64,000 nucleotides of DNA. Origin: a virus. The DNA lies in IMG/VR virus record IMGVR_UViG_3300034103_000398, positions 7,028 to 71,027 of that record. The stretch is one strand, 5' to 3'. Within the stretch, counting starts at the first letter, position 1. Each line of letters starts with the position of its first letter. The notes under the pieces were generated by a model, which did not search any database, was not told the origin of the DNA, and saw nothing but the letters and a program-made list of their open reading frames with translations. The translations under genes were made by a program, and so were the position numbers. Below, piece by piece: positions 1-9,913 of the stretch.

Positions 1-128
1 TAGTTTGGTTCCTATTACTGGAACAGGACTGATAATAAGGGCCAGAAGACACAAAAGTATTACAAAAGGAACCATTGGAATAGTAATCATCCAAAAGATA
101 ACATTTAGTTTAAGTTTAGGATTTATTC

Positions 129-458
129 TCATTTGACTCCGAATGTGTTAAGTGCAGGTTGCAATGTGTTAATCAATTCAGTCTCGCGGCTATGAGCAGG
201 ACGCTTGCCGCGTACAACTTCAACAGTACCAAAAACAAAACGCTCGGCACCACGCTCACGCAATGCACGGCTCAGACCCCAATCTTTGTTTTCAGCGAGG
301 GCCCTCTGGAGATGTTTCTGCATCCTGCGATTCAATGTTTTACGCACATTGCCTTTAAAAGACAGCACGGTCAATCCAATGTAATACTCAAGTGTTACAG
401 TATCTTGAATATAATACAAGATGTGATTGCGGTCAGTTCGGCGTTTTCTTGAGTTCAT
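129..458 (-). CDS. GIY-YIG-like small nuclease/hypothetical
   Basis: N-terminal LYYI-x8-YYIG resembles the GIY-YIG motif; has its own sigma70 promoter. Confidence 0.5.
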   Translation of the reverse strand: MNSRKRRTDRNHILYYIQDTVTLEYYIGLTVLSFKGNVRKTLNRRMQKHLQRALAENKDWGLSRALRERGAERFVFGTVEVVRGKRPAHSRETELINTLQPALNTFGVK

Positions 459-464
459 GCATGA

Positions 465-493
465 ATTATAACGCCAAATTCATTTATTGTCAA
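465..493 (-). promoter_or_regulatory. sigma70-type promoter
   Basis: TTGACA-17 nt-TATAAT. Confidence 0.85.
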
Positions 494-501
494 GTTTTGG
501 G

Positions 502-589
502 ATAAATAAAAGTGAGGGTCACGGAATTGCAGTTCCCACCCTCTCTAATGCTAAAGTTTTACAAAAGGAGCACCAGCATGAATATTTAT
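502..589 (+). promoter_or_regulatory. conserved structured leader of HNH gene with late-type promoter (ATAAATA)
   Basis: Similar copy at 47557-47638 upstream of the other plus-strand HNH gene. Confidence 0.65.
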
Positions 590-1162
590 TCAGAAACCAA
601 TTACCGCAAAATATACGAACAAAATAATGGTCCTATTCCAAAAGATACTGATGGTAGGAGTTATGAAATTCATCACATTGACGGTAATCATAATAACAAC
701 GATATTAATAATCTTAAATTAGTTACTATCCATGAGCATTATGATATTCATTATGCTCAGGGTGATTACGGTGCATGTCATGCAATGGCAATTAGATTAA
801 AGAAAACACCTAAAGAAATTTCAGAATTAGCACGATTATCTAATCAGAAAAGAGTCCAAGAAAATAATCACAATTTTATTGGCGGCGATATTCAAAGAGA
901 ACATAATAAGCGTAGAGTTAAAAATAGAACACACCATTTTGTCGGAGATACTAATCCAGCTATTATCAGAGTTAAAGAAAAAACACATCATTTATTAAAA
1001 AGACCCGATGGTTCTTCAATATGCTCAGATAATGTTAAAAATGGAAAACATGCAACACAGAAAAAATGGATTTGTCCTCACTGCGGACTAGAAGGAAAAA
1101 ATGCCTCGGCTGGTAAGCGTTGGCACTTTGATAATTGCAAGTCAGTTATCAGCCCTGAATAA
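578..1162 (+). CDS. HNH homing endonuclease
   Basis: EIHHIDGNHNNN...HYDIH motif, C-terminal CPHC zinc knuckle; AGGAG RBS precedes ATG at 578 (ORF track starts at 512). Confidence 0.85.
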   Translation: MNIYSETNYRKIYEQNNGPIPKDTDGRSYEIHHIDGNHNNNDINNLKLVTIHEHYDIHYAQGDYGACHAMAIRLKKTPKEISELARLSNQKRVQENNHNFIGGDIQREHNKRRVKNRTHHFVGDTNPAIIRVKEKTHHLLKRPDGSSICSDNVKNGKHATQKKWICPHCGLEGKNASAGKRWHFDNCKSVISPE

Positions 1163-1233
1163 AGTATCGGTCCTAGCGTCCCTGAGGTAGTAAAATGAGT
1201 ACTTTAGTTTCAGAAAAATGTAGTACTAAAGTA

Positions 1234-1644
1234 TTACCATAGATGCGGTTCGTGTGTAGGTACATCTTTTAGGATCATGACAATTTCCGTTTGCTCAGAA
1301 TACACCAATCCCATCGCTTCTAAAATGTCGCGGCGTTCTTCTGCTGGCTTTTTCAACCATTCTTTAACAACTTCATAAGAGCCATGAGTTACCCCATTTA
1401 CCAAATGATTCATGATCCACGATACTGTTTTCTTCAATGCAACTATTGTATTTGCAGGATGACTTCCACTTATTGCCGACATAAAATCATTTGCAAATAC
1501 TGCATTCCAGAAGCCGCCGGGATGAAAACCATGAACAAGATAATTGAAAATAGGATCGGCGTATTCTTTTGGAACTTCGTATTGTGCGAAAGTTTCTAAC
1601 AATTTATTTCTACTATGTGCTGTCAATGTCACGGTCAATGTCAT
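1234..1644 (-). CDS. hypothetical protein
   Basis: 136-aa ORF with ATGA overlap to upstream gene. Confidence 0.7.
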   Translation of the reverse strand: MTLTVTLTAHSRNKLLETFAQYEVPKEYADPIFNYLVHGFHPGGFWNAVFANDFMSAISGSHPANTIVALKKTVSWIMNHLVNGVTHGSYEVVKEWLKKPAEERRDILEAMGLVYSEQTEIVMILKDVPTHEPHLW

Positions 1645-2162
1645 ACAAACCTCGCTACCAAATTGTTTACAAATTCATCCGAGCTATCACCCAGGTCGTG
1701 GTCTTCACAGAATACAGCAACATCACCGAACTTGGCAAGCTTCCTACCGGCGGTGTCGTTGTCACAAACGGCTACTACTTTTCTATTCAACATGAACAGG
1801 AAGTTTTTCAAGTCTGTGCCGGTGTTATTACTGAGGACTGCAAGGGCACTGTAGCCCTTTTCAGTGAGCCTACATGCATCGAACACCCCCTCAGTCAAGA
1901 AAACAACATGGGGTGACAAATGTAAACTTTCTACTCCCCAAACACCCAGTGTAGGTTGCTTTCGGTATGTGAAATACTTACCCGATTTTGGATTGTTGTT
2001 TGGTTTCTTTTCGCCCTCTGGTCTGTATTGTTGGTAGCCAACAACTTGACCGCTCAAATTGTACAGGAAGAATGTAGCAACACGCTCAACTTCGTCAACC
2101 ATTGGACGATGCAACTCAAGATTGAGGTGTCTGTCTTTGAGGTGTTCTGTAACTGTCTTCAT
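1641..2162 (-). CDS. Toprim-domain (primase-like) protein
   Basis: VFLTEGVFDA and DND Toprim motifs. Confidence 0.7.
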   Translation of the reverse strand: MKTVTEHLKDRHLNLELHRPMVDEVERVATFFLYNLSGQVVGYQQYRPEGEKKPNNNPKSGKYFTYRKQPTLGVWGVESLHLSPHVVFLTEGVFDACRLTEKGYSALAVLSNNTGTDLKNFLFMLNRKVVAVCDNDTAGRKLAKFGDVAVFCEDHDLGDSSDEFVNNLVARFV

Positions 2163-2168
2163 GCTCAC

Positions 2169-2197
2169 AGTATAACATTTTGGGCATTTGTTGTCAA
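2169..2197 (-). promoter_or_regulatory. sigma70-type promoter
   Basis: TTGACA-17-TATACT. Confidence 0.8.
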
Positions 2198-2640
2198 CCT
2201 TTATAATTCAAAACCTGCTCTAATATGAAGTTTTCTTTTTCTGCTACATCTATCTCCCAAGGTAATTTACTCCATTCTTGTACTGTGGGAATCTTTGGTG
2301 CATAATATATTTTACTATTCCAAAGAAACGATCCGTCTCTTCTACCAGATAATTTACCAGTATAAGTTTGATTCAAATGAAGTAATTCATGTATCAATGG
2401 AACAATAACTTCTTTTACTGATAACCCTTCGTGCAATCTTATTCTATTTTTATAACGCTTATCCAATAAGGTTTCACCGTATATTGATTGTGATAATAAT
2501 CGAAACTCTACTTCTATAGAATCTGGTATTTCTATAATACTAGAAACTATACGGAAAACATTTTCTACTACTAACTCTCGGTTTCTATCATACTTGTCGC
2601 TGGAATATATAAACTTAATCATAGTTATATTTAGCCACAA
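2194..2640 (-). CDS. putative zinc metallopeptidase-like protein
   Basis: HELLH (HExxH) plus downstream PWE motif; start uncertain. Confidence 0.5.
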   Translation of the reverse strand: MWLNITMIKFIYSSDKYDRNRELVVENVFRIVSSIIEIPDSIEVEFRLLSQSIYGETLLDKRYKNRIRLHEGLSVKEVIVPLIHELLHLNQTYTGKLSGRRDGSFLWNSKIYYAPKIPTVQEWSKLPWEIDVAEKENFILEQVLNYKG

Positions 2641-2664
2641 AAAAAGGGACCTAAGTCCCTTTTT
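2640..2664. terminator. intrinsic terminator (bidirectional shape)
   Basis: AAAAAAGGGAC-CTAA-GTCCCTTTTT. Confidence 0.7.
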
Positions 2665-2833
2665 GTAAACGCTCTATTTCGTTGGCGGCTTCTTCTAATA
2701 AGTTGGCAATTTTATCAGGTGCACCTTCTTCTACTGATTTTCTATTTGGAATCTGTCTGCGAATCTCAGCACGTTTCCTGAGACGGAATACTAGGCTTTG
2801 TTGTGCTACTGGTAAATGTGATTCGTCAATCAT
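2651..2833 (-). CDS. hypothetical protein
   Basis: 60-aa ORF overlapping upstream stop. Confidence 0.6.
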   Translation of the reverse strand: MIDESHLPVAQQSLVFRLRKRAEIRRQIPNRKSVEEGAPDKIANLLEEAANEIERLQKGT

Positions 2834-3114
2834 TCTTCAACTCCAAAAAAGTGTTCTCTAACAGAGACATAACTATCAACACCACATTGAACATAACCAT
2901 CCCAATGTGTGTCCTTCATCATTTCCTTATCTTCCATTACAGGCTTATATTCTTCTTCAATTTTCTTTAGGCATTCTCGCACAATCAACTCGGCGAATTT
3001 TTCAAACACTACTTGAGAATCTGGTGGAACATAAACTTCCCAATCCTCGTAACCTGATTGTTTCTTGGCCTGATATTCTGCTCGTTCGATAAGTGATTTA
3101 ATTTGTTCGTTCAT
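2830..3114 (-). CDS. hypothetical protein (EKFAELI family)
   Basis: MNEQIK...EKFAELIVREC...HFFGVEE; paralogue of 3227-3469. Confidence 0.7.
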   Translation of the reverse strand: MNEQIKSLIERAEYQAKKQSGYEDWEVYVPPDSQVVFEKFAELIVRECLKKIEEEYKPVMEDKEMMKDTHWDGYVQCGVDSYVSVREHFFGVEE

Positions 3115-3226
3115 AAAAACCACTCCATGTAAATCCAAGCCACAATGCAAGCAACATTAAACCATACAGCAAACAATATCATGTAGAGCATCACCTGAGC
3201 CCGTCGCCCTGCTTGTTCACCTTCGT

Positions 3227-3469
3227 TCATTCTTCTACTCCAAAATGTTTTCTAATCTTATTGGCAATGATAGCACCCATATCATCTTCTCTATGACTTG
3301 ATCCTAGCGCAAGGTCGATGCATTCGTAAGCAATCAACTCAGCAAACTTTTCGTAAACTTGCTGACTGAATCCTTTTATATCTTCTACTGCACAATTTTC
3401 AATATCAATTGGTTCATTGAAAGCCTCTTGTTGCGCCTGTATATGAAGTTCTCGAATTCGTTCATTCAT
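3227..3469 (-). CDS. hypothetical protein (EKFAELI family)
   Basis: MNERIR...EKFAELIAYEC...HFGVEE. Confidence 0.7.
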   Translation of the reverse strand: MNERIRELHIQAQQEAFNEPIDIENCAVEDIKGFSQQVYEKFAELIAYECIDLALGSSHREDDMGAIIANKIRKHFGVEE

Positions 3470-3882
3470 GGATGCGGCCCTCTTCCCATGTAATAATCTG
3501 CCAATCGTTCCTCTTGCAGTTCCTGCATTTCTGGAATCATCTTTTCCAACACTTTGAGAACCTTTTTCAGTCTACCTGGCTTATCACCAAAGGCAAAGAT
3601 AATGGCTCTACGAATATCTAATTCTTCATGACTTTTCATTTTTGATTCCTTACCATGTCATTCCATTCATTCACACTACGACCCTGCATTTCTATGATGT
3701 GGTGATACCCAGCAAACTTTACAAGTATAGGATACCAAAGATGGTCCACATATCTTGGAATTACTCTCACTGAGGTCATTCTACTACCTTATATTGTGAA
3801 AAAGGATACGTTTCAATCAGCCACTCTAATAGTTCTTCACTGTAGGGCAGTCTGATTGAATCGTATTTGTTTGTAATGTAGG

Positions 3883-4140
3883 TCATAGTGCGTGACTCCT
3901 CAGTTTAATCCAAAAGAACTCTTTCATATCAACTGGAGTATTATTTTTCTCGGTACGTCGATTTTTAATAAATTTAACACCGTGATCTTCTTCTGACCAC
4001 ATCCTATCGGAAAAAGCCTTTATCTCCCAAAGGCGGTGAACAGGTACAGGTCTAATCACGTTGTCGGCATCGTAGATAGCAAGGTACTTGTGCCCATACT
4101 TCTCTACGAATGTATCTGAAATTTCAAAAAACACATTCAT
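3883..4140 (-). CDS. hypothetical protein
   Basis: 85-aa ORF in tightly packed co-oriented run. Confidence 0.6.
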   Translation of the reverse strand: MNVFFEISDTFVEKYGHKYLAIYDADNVIRPVPVHRLWEIKAFSDRMWSEEDHGVKFIKNRRTEKNNTPVDMKEFFWIKLRSHAL

Positions 4141-4157
4141 CAGTTACCCTTAGACAT

Positions 4158-4361
4158 TTATCTACCTACTGCAATCAATCGTACACGAAGGTTATTTAAA
4201 CTTGACTGGATAGTCATAAGTTCTGCCAACGCTTTAGTATAGTGTCCATTAGGATGTTTATCATGTCCTAATTTACGATCCACACCCAGAGCCATTTTAA
4301 CACTGGCAATGGCTGTATCAACTGCTTCAATTCGTGCTTCAAGTTTTTCTAAATCTGTCAT
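4158..4361 (-). CDS. hypothetical protein
   Basis: 67-aa ORF in co-oriented run. Confidence 0.6.
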   Translation of the reverse strand: MTDLEKLEARIEAVDTAIASVKMALGVDRKLGHDKHPNGHYTKALAELMTIQSSLNNLRVRLIAVGR

Positions 4362-4362
4362 A

Positions 4363-4665
4363 TCATCCCCACTTTAACATAAAGAACACAGCGTCCTTTT
4401 CGTTTTTAAATCTATACTCAAACGGTCCAGTACTCCAGCGAGGATTATTATATCCTTCGTTTCTGTGTCCAAAACACTTTGAGCACCACTCTGTCATTTC
4501 GTCCTTGTCTTCCCACCAATCACCGCCTGAATAATATACAGTGTATTTTTGAGGAGCAAGTTCTTCACGCACTCGCATCTCAAGAGTCCGAGGTCTTCGT
4601 TTTCCACTCATCCAGCTAAAGGTACTCATAGGATACATGCTCTCTATGTCGTAGTTAACAATCAA
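4363..4665 (-). CDS. hypothetical protein
   Basis: 100-aa ORF ending FKNEKDAVFFMLKWG. Confidence 0.6.
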   Translation of the reverse strand: MIVNYDIESMYPMSTFSWMSGKRRPRTLEMRVREELAPQKYTVYYSGGDWWEDKDEMTEWCSKCFGHRNEGYNNPRWSTGPFEYRFKNEKDAVFFMLKWG

Positions 4666-5204
4666 GAGCCTGTACCTACAAATCGACTGGCTTCGGCGTG
4701 CAAATCTGCGTCACCCTTAGTCATCACAGCCAATAACAATCTCTTTTCCTCCAAGTAAGTCTTGGCGAAAGCTGGATCGTGAGCCATGATGCTACGGCTG
4801 TTGCTGATCAAATCTGCCAACTTGATAGTCTGTGCTTCTGCAGGAGCTTCGGCAGTGTGAGCACGATCCATAGCCTTACGAACTGCACGATTGCCATCTT
4901 CGGGCTTGCTAACGTCAGTTAACCAGCCAACCAAGGTAGCGATATCGATACCAAAAGCCATATGGATGTCAGTGTATGTGCAACCAGTGTCTTCCACAAC
5001 ATCATGCAACCAAGCAGCCGCAACCATGTCAGGAGTTGAACCTGGAACACCTGCTACGATCTTGGCAACCTCTGCAGGGTGGACGATGTAGGGTTCGTTG
5101 GTATACTTGCGCCTCTGTCCAACAGCCGCATGAGCAGCCATGGCATAGACTTGGGCCTTACGCACAACGTCCATGCCACTTTGATCCATTGTGAAGTTTT
5201 CCAT
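4662..5204 (-). CDS. HD-domain hydrolase, SpoT/Mesh1-like (putative (p)ppGpp hydrolase)
   Basis: H-x3-Q-RK-x4-PYIVHP, AAAWLHDVVEDT and IKLADLISN motifs; RBS AAGGAG. Confidence 0.8.
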   Translation of the reverse strand: MENFTMDQSGMDVVRKAQVYAMAAHAAVGQRRKYTNEPYIVHPAEVAKIVAGVPGSTPDMVAAAWLHDVVEDTGCTYTDIHMAFGIDIATLVGWLTDVSKPEDGNRAVRKAMDRAHTAEAPAEAQTIKLADLISNSRSIMAHDPAFAKTYLEEKRLLLAVMTKGDADLHAEASRFVGTGS

Positions 5205-5389
5205 ACTGTTCTCCTTTAATCTAAGAACCAAACTCGACCTTCGTCAACAGTCACTTCGCCGGAGAAGTCACCTTCGTACTCTCCGCCGTTCTGAGAAACC
5301 ATTATTTCCATTTCCCCGTCTAACTGAGACAGCAATTCTATTAATTCACGTACCAACATGTCTATCTCCTTTAATCAATCTAAGTATAG

Positions 5390-5418
5390 ATTATATGCCC
5401 AAAATGATTTATTGTCAA
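5390..5418 (-). promoter_or_regulatory. sigma70-type promoter
   Basis: TTGACA-17-TATAAT. Confidence 0.85.
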
Positions 5419-5421
5419 CCT

Positions 5422-5670
5422 TTAGACTGATACTGTTTCACAGAACCAACCTTCACGTTCAATCTTACGCTTTGCGGACATCATAGTCTTGCGATGTGCA
5501 ATGAACTCAGGTGTCAGTTTAGCGTGGATGCCACCCATTTCCATCATTGCCAGCAGTGCGGCGTCACGCTTTGCATACGTCTTAATTGCGTTTAGGGGAA
5601 TCATGAATTGACGACCAGAGCCATCAGCGTTTTTGAAAGCTGGGCTAGTGTACAGAATTTTGAATTTCAT
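5422..5670 (-). CDS. hypothetical protein
   Basis: 82-aa ORF with AAGGAG RBS and own promoter. Confidence 0.7.
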   Translation of the reverse strand: MKFKILYTSPAFKNADGSGRQFMIPLNAIKTYAKRDAALLAMMEMGGIHAKLTPEFIAHRKTMMSAKRKIEREGWFCETVSV

Positions 5671-5700
5671 TTCGATCTCCTTTAATCAATCTATACATGT

Positions 5701-5729
5701 ATTATATGCCCAAAACGAATTAAAGTCAA
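5701..5729 (-). promoter_or_regulatory. sigma70-type promoter
   Basis: TTGACT-17-TATAAT; leader resembles that of the 5390-5418 promoter. Confidence 0.8.
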
Positions 5730-5747
5730 CCTTTGAAAAGTAGTACT

Positions 5748-6209
5748 TTATACTACCCTAATTTCAGTGAACCCTTCATCTAATGTAGGTTCTTCCCAAG
5801 AGCCAATCATGCTATAGATAACATGATCCGGAATTTCCTTGCCGGGACGATTCATCAATCTACGCATAAGTTCTGTATGCTCGGGTGTGCGAAACACTAT
5901 AGCAATATGCTCATAGTCTGGCAACATGTTGAACTTGCGAGCACGACTCTTAACAGTAGTACTAGTTTGATCCCAGATAATATCTCGACCCATTTCACGT
6001 GCCGCAATGACTTCTTTCGCCATTAAGTCTACCGCAGTGGGCATAAAATCTACAAACACTTGAGAATAGTTACGACCTACTTCCTTAGCATAAATTTCAA
6101 CCCACTTGTCTGTACTAACTTTTGCACAGCTTAGGGCCCAGTCTTGTTTGTCAATCCAAGTACTCTTACCTGAACCGGGCACTCCTACTAACTGATAACA
6201 CTTTGGCAT
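5748..6209 (-). CDS. P-loop kinase, polynucleotide-kinase-like (AAA_33)
   Basis: GVPGSGKST Walker A, IIWDQT, R-x3-R lid. Confidence 0.8.
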   Translation of the reverse strand: MPKCYQLVGVPGSGKSTWIDKQDWALSCAKVSTDKWVEIYAKEVGRNYSQVFVDFMPTAVDLMAKEVIAAREMGRDIIWDQTSTTVKSRARKFNMLPDYEHIAIVFRTPEHTELMRRLMNRPGKEIPDHVIYSMIGSWEEPTLDEGFTEIRVV

Positions 6210-6218
6210 TCTTACTCC

Positions 6219-6761
6219 TTAGTGGTGACTACGAATCTCACCCTTCAATGCATCCTTGACCATGTAGTCAAAGTTGCTAACCACTCGACCAGTAGCGTCA
6301 AACGCAACATCACGGGCACGATACTTCTCCATGCCAGTTGGCTTACCGTGTACATGTCCATAGAAGTGAACCGCACCACGGTGCATTTGGTCCCACTCCC
6401 AGATAGGATAGTGCATCATAATCACTGTAGTACCTTCATGTACATAACGCAAGTAATTATGAATCTCCTGGAATTCTCTACGGAAGCTAGGGTCGTTCAA
6501 CAACTTGCGGTCGTGATTTCCCTCAACCAAAATCTTAGTACCGTTCAATCGGCGCAATACAGCTACTGCATCCTTAGCAGGCAAGAATGCAAAGTCACCA
6601 AGAATAAAAACTTCATCCTCAGGCTTCACATCCCTGTTCCACTCTTGTATCATTACTTCATTCATGTGCTTTACGTCAGTAAAGCCTGCCCGTGTTACTG
6701 GGCAAAACTTCATAATGTTTGCGTGACCAAAGTGCAGGTCACTTGTAATCCATTTTGTCAT
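6219..6761 (-). CDS. calcineurin-like metallophosphoesterase
   Basis: SDLHFGH, LGDF, GNHD, HYP, GHVH motifs. Confidence 0.9.
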   Translation of the reverse strand: MTKWITSDLHFGHANIMKFCPVTRAGFTDVKHMNEVMIQEWNRDVKPEDEVFILGDFAFLPAKDAVAVLRRLNGTKILVEGNHDRKLLNDPSFRREFQEIHNYLRYVHEGTTVIMMHYPIWEWDQMHRGAVHFYGHVHGKPTGMEKYRARDVAFDATGRVVSNFDYMVKDALKGEIRSHH

Positions 6762-6970
6762 TTTCTTTTTCCAATCTTGCTCACAACATCAGCCTTGCTG
6801 GTTTGCAGTTGATTCAGGAATCTGCGATAGACACGCAATGCGGCGATGCTCATTGGGTCATCTTTAGCTTCAAGTTCCTGAATACGGTCTTGTAATTCTT
6901 TCTCTTTAGCACGATGACGTTCAACATCGGCTTTGAGACCTTTGGCGTCTTGCCAAAAATATTTCAACAT
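6758..6970 (-). CDS. hypothetical protein
   Basis: 70-aa ORF with AAGGAG RBS. Confidence 0.65.
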   Translation of the reverse strand: MLKYFWQDAKGLKADVERHRAKEKELQDRIQELEAKDDPMSIAALRVYRRFLNQLQTSKADVVSKIGKRK

Positions 6971-6991
6971 ATCGTGCTCCTTTCTTAAAAA

Positions 6992-7219
6992 TTAAACTCG
7001 TTCTTTTTTTACTCTACCGATACGTGCTGACTTGTCCCAATCGTACTTTATTCCATCTGGGCACTTGCCGTCTTTGACGGAGTCAACGCCAAACATACCG
7101 CATACTTCAAACCCGTGACCCTTGATAGTCACAAACTCGTTCATTGCCTTGGCCTTGTGCATTGCTTCATCCAATGTCGTTACATCAAATGCTACAACCT
7201 TACCTTTTACATTATACAT
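6992..7219 (-). CDS. hypothetical protein
   Basis: ORF overlapping upstream stop; start set to ATG 7219. Confidence 0.6.
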   Translation of the reverse strand: MYNVKGKVVAFDVTTLDEAMHKAKAMNEFVTIKGHGFEVCGMFGVDSVKDGKCPDGIKYDWDKSARIGRVKKERV

Positions 7220-7862
7220 CAATATTCCTATTTTTACATTTATCAAAGTGCCATTGAATCATTGAACCACCGCCCCCTGTTTTACCGCAATGTGGGCAAG
7301 TGATTTTCTCTTTTGGTTTTCTCAAATTTTCCTTAAACTCTTCGGTTCTTTTTATACCTGCGCTTAACATTTTTTCAGAAATTTTCTTCTTCAAAGATAC
7401 TGCATCTTCCCCGTGAATATCATTATATGACTTTCCCTTTAAAGGAGATTCTCCCATAACTTGAAGTGCTCGTTTTTGTTTTATTTTCTGCCTGGTATCA
7501 TCAGTTCGGCTATATAACCCTGTTCTTCCTTTATTCCACGGTGGTGCTGATCTTCTGAATTGTTGTTCATTGTGACAGCAATGTTCGTTCAAGAGTAATG
7601 GTTCATTCCAGTGCTCATGAATCAATTTTTGCTCAAATGAATACGCATCTTTACCAGTCTCAAATTCTGCTACGATAGTCCATTCAAAATTGTCAAAGTT
7701 GTCCTTAACTGCTTTTGAAGAACTCTTATATAACGGAAAATCAATTTCTGGTATCCTATTCAGTTTAACATTCGCCTCACGATATCCTATATAAAAATGA
7801 CCAGTGATTTTGTTAGTACAGCGATAAACATACGGTTTTGCTTTAGTTGGATAAGTATTCAT
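7212..7862 (-). CDS. GIY-YIG-like homing endonuclease with NUMOD-type DNA-binding tail
   Basis: YVYRCTNKITGHFYIG, PWNKG, C-terminal CPHC...WHFDKC; preceded by GATAAATA and GGAG. Confidence 0.75.
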   Translation of the reverse strand: MNTYPTKAKPYVYRCTNKITGHFYIGYREANVKLNRIPEIDFPLYKSSSKAVKDNFDNFEWTIVAEFETGKDAYSFEQKLIHEHWNEPLLLNEHCCHNEQQFRRSAPPWNKGRTGLYSRTDDTRQKIKQKRALQVMGESPLKGKSYNDIHGEDAVSLKKKISEKMLSAGIKRTEEFKENLRKPKEKITCPHCGKTGGGGSMIQWHFDKCKNRNIDV

Positions 7863-7907
7863 GATTTCTCCTATATACTTATTTATCCCAACCAAGCACT
7901 TTTATCA

Positions 7908-8372
7908 TTAATTGTCGTTCCTAAAAGTTCTCCAGTCATCGACATTCGGTTTCTCATCCTCATCGTAGGTCCAGCCGAGGGCGCGCATCATGCGATGCTT
8001 GACCAATAAGTTTGGACTGCGAAATCTACCAGTGTCATCAAAACCCATCATGACACCTACTTCACACACTGCACCACTGCGACAGATACCTGCAAAGCAA
8101 TGAACAACAACATTCATTCTATTGTCTTTGGCATGTTGCAATAATCTAACCAATTCGTTTGCTTGCTCCTGACTGCAACGCATTGCCTCGTCAAGAACAA
8201 TATCATTCTTTTCTACATCCAAGAATTCAAAATTGTGAATCTCTTTGAACTTGTGAGCAGGAGTTGGTCTCCAGCTAGCTGGGTCAACAATGCTAATTAG
8301 CATACTATTCTCACCGGCTTCGTGATGAAACCTAGTAGGTATATCTGCCGCCGCTACGTTTTCAATCCACAT
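7908..8372 (-). CDS. PTP/DSP-fold phosphatase
   Basis: VVVHCFAGICRS (CX5R) motif. Confidence 0.8.
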   Translation of the reverse strand: MWIENVAAADIPTRFHHEAGENSMLISIVDPASWRPTPAHKFKEIHNFEFLDVEKNDIVLDEAMRCSQEQANELVRLLQHAKDNRMNVVVHCFAGICRSGAVCEVGVMMGFDDTGRFRSPNLLVKHRMMRALGWTYDEDEKPNVDDWRTFRNDN

Positions 8373-8392
8373 TTTTTATCTCCTATACTAGT

Positions 8393-8421
8393 ATTATACT
8401 CCCAAACTTATTTAATGTCAA
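8393..8421 (-). promoter_or_regulatory. sigma70-type promoter
   Basis: TTGACA-17-TATAAT. Confidence 0.85.
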
Positions 8422-8435
8422 ATTTTAGATATGGG

Positions 8436-8464
8436 AAAAGGTGTTGTATTTCTACAACACCTTT
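8436..8464 (-). terminator. intrinsic terminator after Ro-like gene
   Basis: AAAGGTGTTGTA-GAAA-TACAACACCTTTT. Confidence 0.7.
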
Positions 8465-8482
8465 GGGGGTTACGTTAGCACT

Positions 8483-9898
8483 TTAACATGCGTAACGATA
8501 GTTCATAATTGTCTTGAGCATGACGCCTTCTGGAGTGAACTCAGAAGGATCCGCACCTAGCAAACTTGCCATGATGCTTGGGCTAAAGCCAGAGACTAGA
8601 GCCGCACCAGACTTGTCTGACTTGACAGGACTGTTACCAGAACTGTTCAAGTTCCAGAACACTACGCTAGGCGCAGTGTAGCCGGCTTGTTCGTACTTGC
8701 GTTGGATCATTTCCATTGCAGAATCATCGTGGGTTACACATTGATTAAACTGCATGTCAGAAAGGATCAATAACATCTTAGGCATGTCACTTTCAGGAAC
8801 AGAGTTCTTGACTGCAACACTTAGGATCTTGTCCATAGCCTTGTGCAAGTTAGTGTCCATTGCCCACTTAGATTGAACCATTTGGTTGATCTTCTGAACG
8901 ATATCACCCTTTAGAGTAATCAGTTCAGGAGTACCACTGAAAGTCAAGAATGTGTCCTTGAACGCACCCCTGTTCTTGTCAGCTAGGTATAGACCAAGTG
9001 AAACAGAAACGTCCAAACATGTTACAGAACCAGTTCCGCCTGCTGGGCAAGTCATAGAACCAGATACGTCTACCAATGGTAGAATGTTTGCATCGTTCAT
9101 GTAGTTAGGCAATGCATCCCATTGTGCGGTTACGTGATCCAATTCGGTCTTACCCAAAGTAGAACGGCCGTACGCAGAGATTAGACCCTTCAAGACTTCA
9201 TGAGGGAACACTGCCGAAGCATTGACCTTCACAGTCTTGTCACCACTAACCAACTTAGCCACATATTCAGCGAATGTAGTAGAATGACGGTTGAACGCCT
9301 TCTTGTAGATTCGTGATGCCTGTGAAGGCACATGACTGAAGTTGATGTTATCCCAATCATTCGCACACATTTGTGTTTCAACAACCTTAGTCATTGCCAC
9401 AAGTTGCTTACGATATTGCTTAGGAGTCATTCCGAAGAATTCACGGATTTCACGTGCGACTTCACCCTTACGAGGAGTCCACTTAGCTGCCAAGCCATTC
9501 TTTTCACGAAGGGCGTTACCCAACATGGTGTAAGCCTTGGCCTTCATGTCTTGAGTCTTAAAGACAAACAAGTCATCGTAACGACCGATTTCTGGCACCT
9601 TTGTCATAAGACGAGTTGCCGATTCAGGATCGGTATTTTCCAAGTGAGTCAAAATGTCACGGAACAGTTGACGTTCACCTGCACCACCACGTACATCACG
9701 TGCCCACAATGCCACACGCAATGCTAGATCCTTGTTTTCGACCATAGCGGCAGTGAATTGAGGGATGATGTTCTTACCACGGCTTGCACCGATGTTGTAG
9801 AACAGATCAACCACTGAGTTAGCGGTTGACTTACGAGCCTTCATACCGTTTGTAGTACGGGCTTCTTGGTTTGCGACTGCGTTTACAAATGCGTTCAT
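8483..9898 (-). CDS. DUF2828-type TROVE/Ro60-like protein with C-terminal vWA domain
   Basis: ARDVRGGAGER, AAKWTPR, DVSGSM (MIDAS), ILSDMQF, VFWNL, VSGFSP motifs; ATG 9898 follows AAGGA RBS. Ro/TROVE relationship is from family knowledge, not computed. Confidence 0.75.
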   Translation of the reverse strand: MNAFVNAVANQEARTTNGMKARKSTANSVVDLFYNIGASRGKNIIPQFTAAMVENKDLALRVALWARDVRGGAGERQLFRDILTHLENTDPESATRLMTKVPEIGRYDDLFVFKTQDMKAKAYTMLGNALREKNGLAAKWTPRKGEVAREIREFFGMTPKQYRKQLVAMTKVVETQMCANDWDNINFSHVPSQASRIYKKAFNRHSTTFAEYVAKLVSGDKTVKVNASAVFPHEVLKGLISAYGRSTLGKTELDHVTAQWDALPNYMNDANILPLVDVSGSMTCPAGGTGSVTCLDVSVSLGLYLADKNRGAFKDTFLTFSGTPELITLKGDIVQKINQMVQSKWAMDTNLHKAMDKILSVAVKNSVPESDMPKMLLILSDMQFNQCVTHDDSAMEMIQRKYEQAGYTAPSVVFWNLNSSGNSPVKSDKSGAALVSGFSPSIMASLLGADPSEFTPEGVMLKTIMNYRYAC

Positions 9899-9913
9899 TT
9901 TCTTTTCCTTTGT

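Noticed and set aside
1197-1235. AGTACT palindromes as operator sites
   Set aside because: Too short and too few in AT-rich DNA to distinguish from chance.
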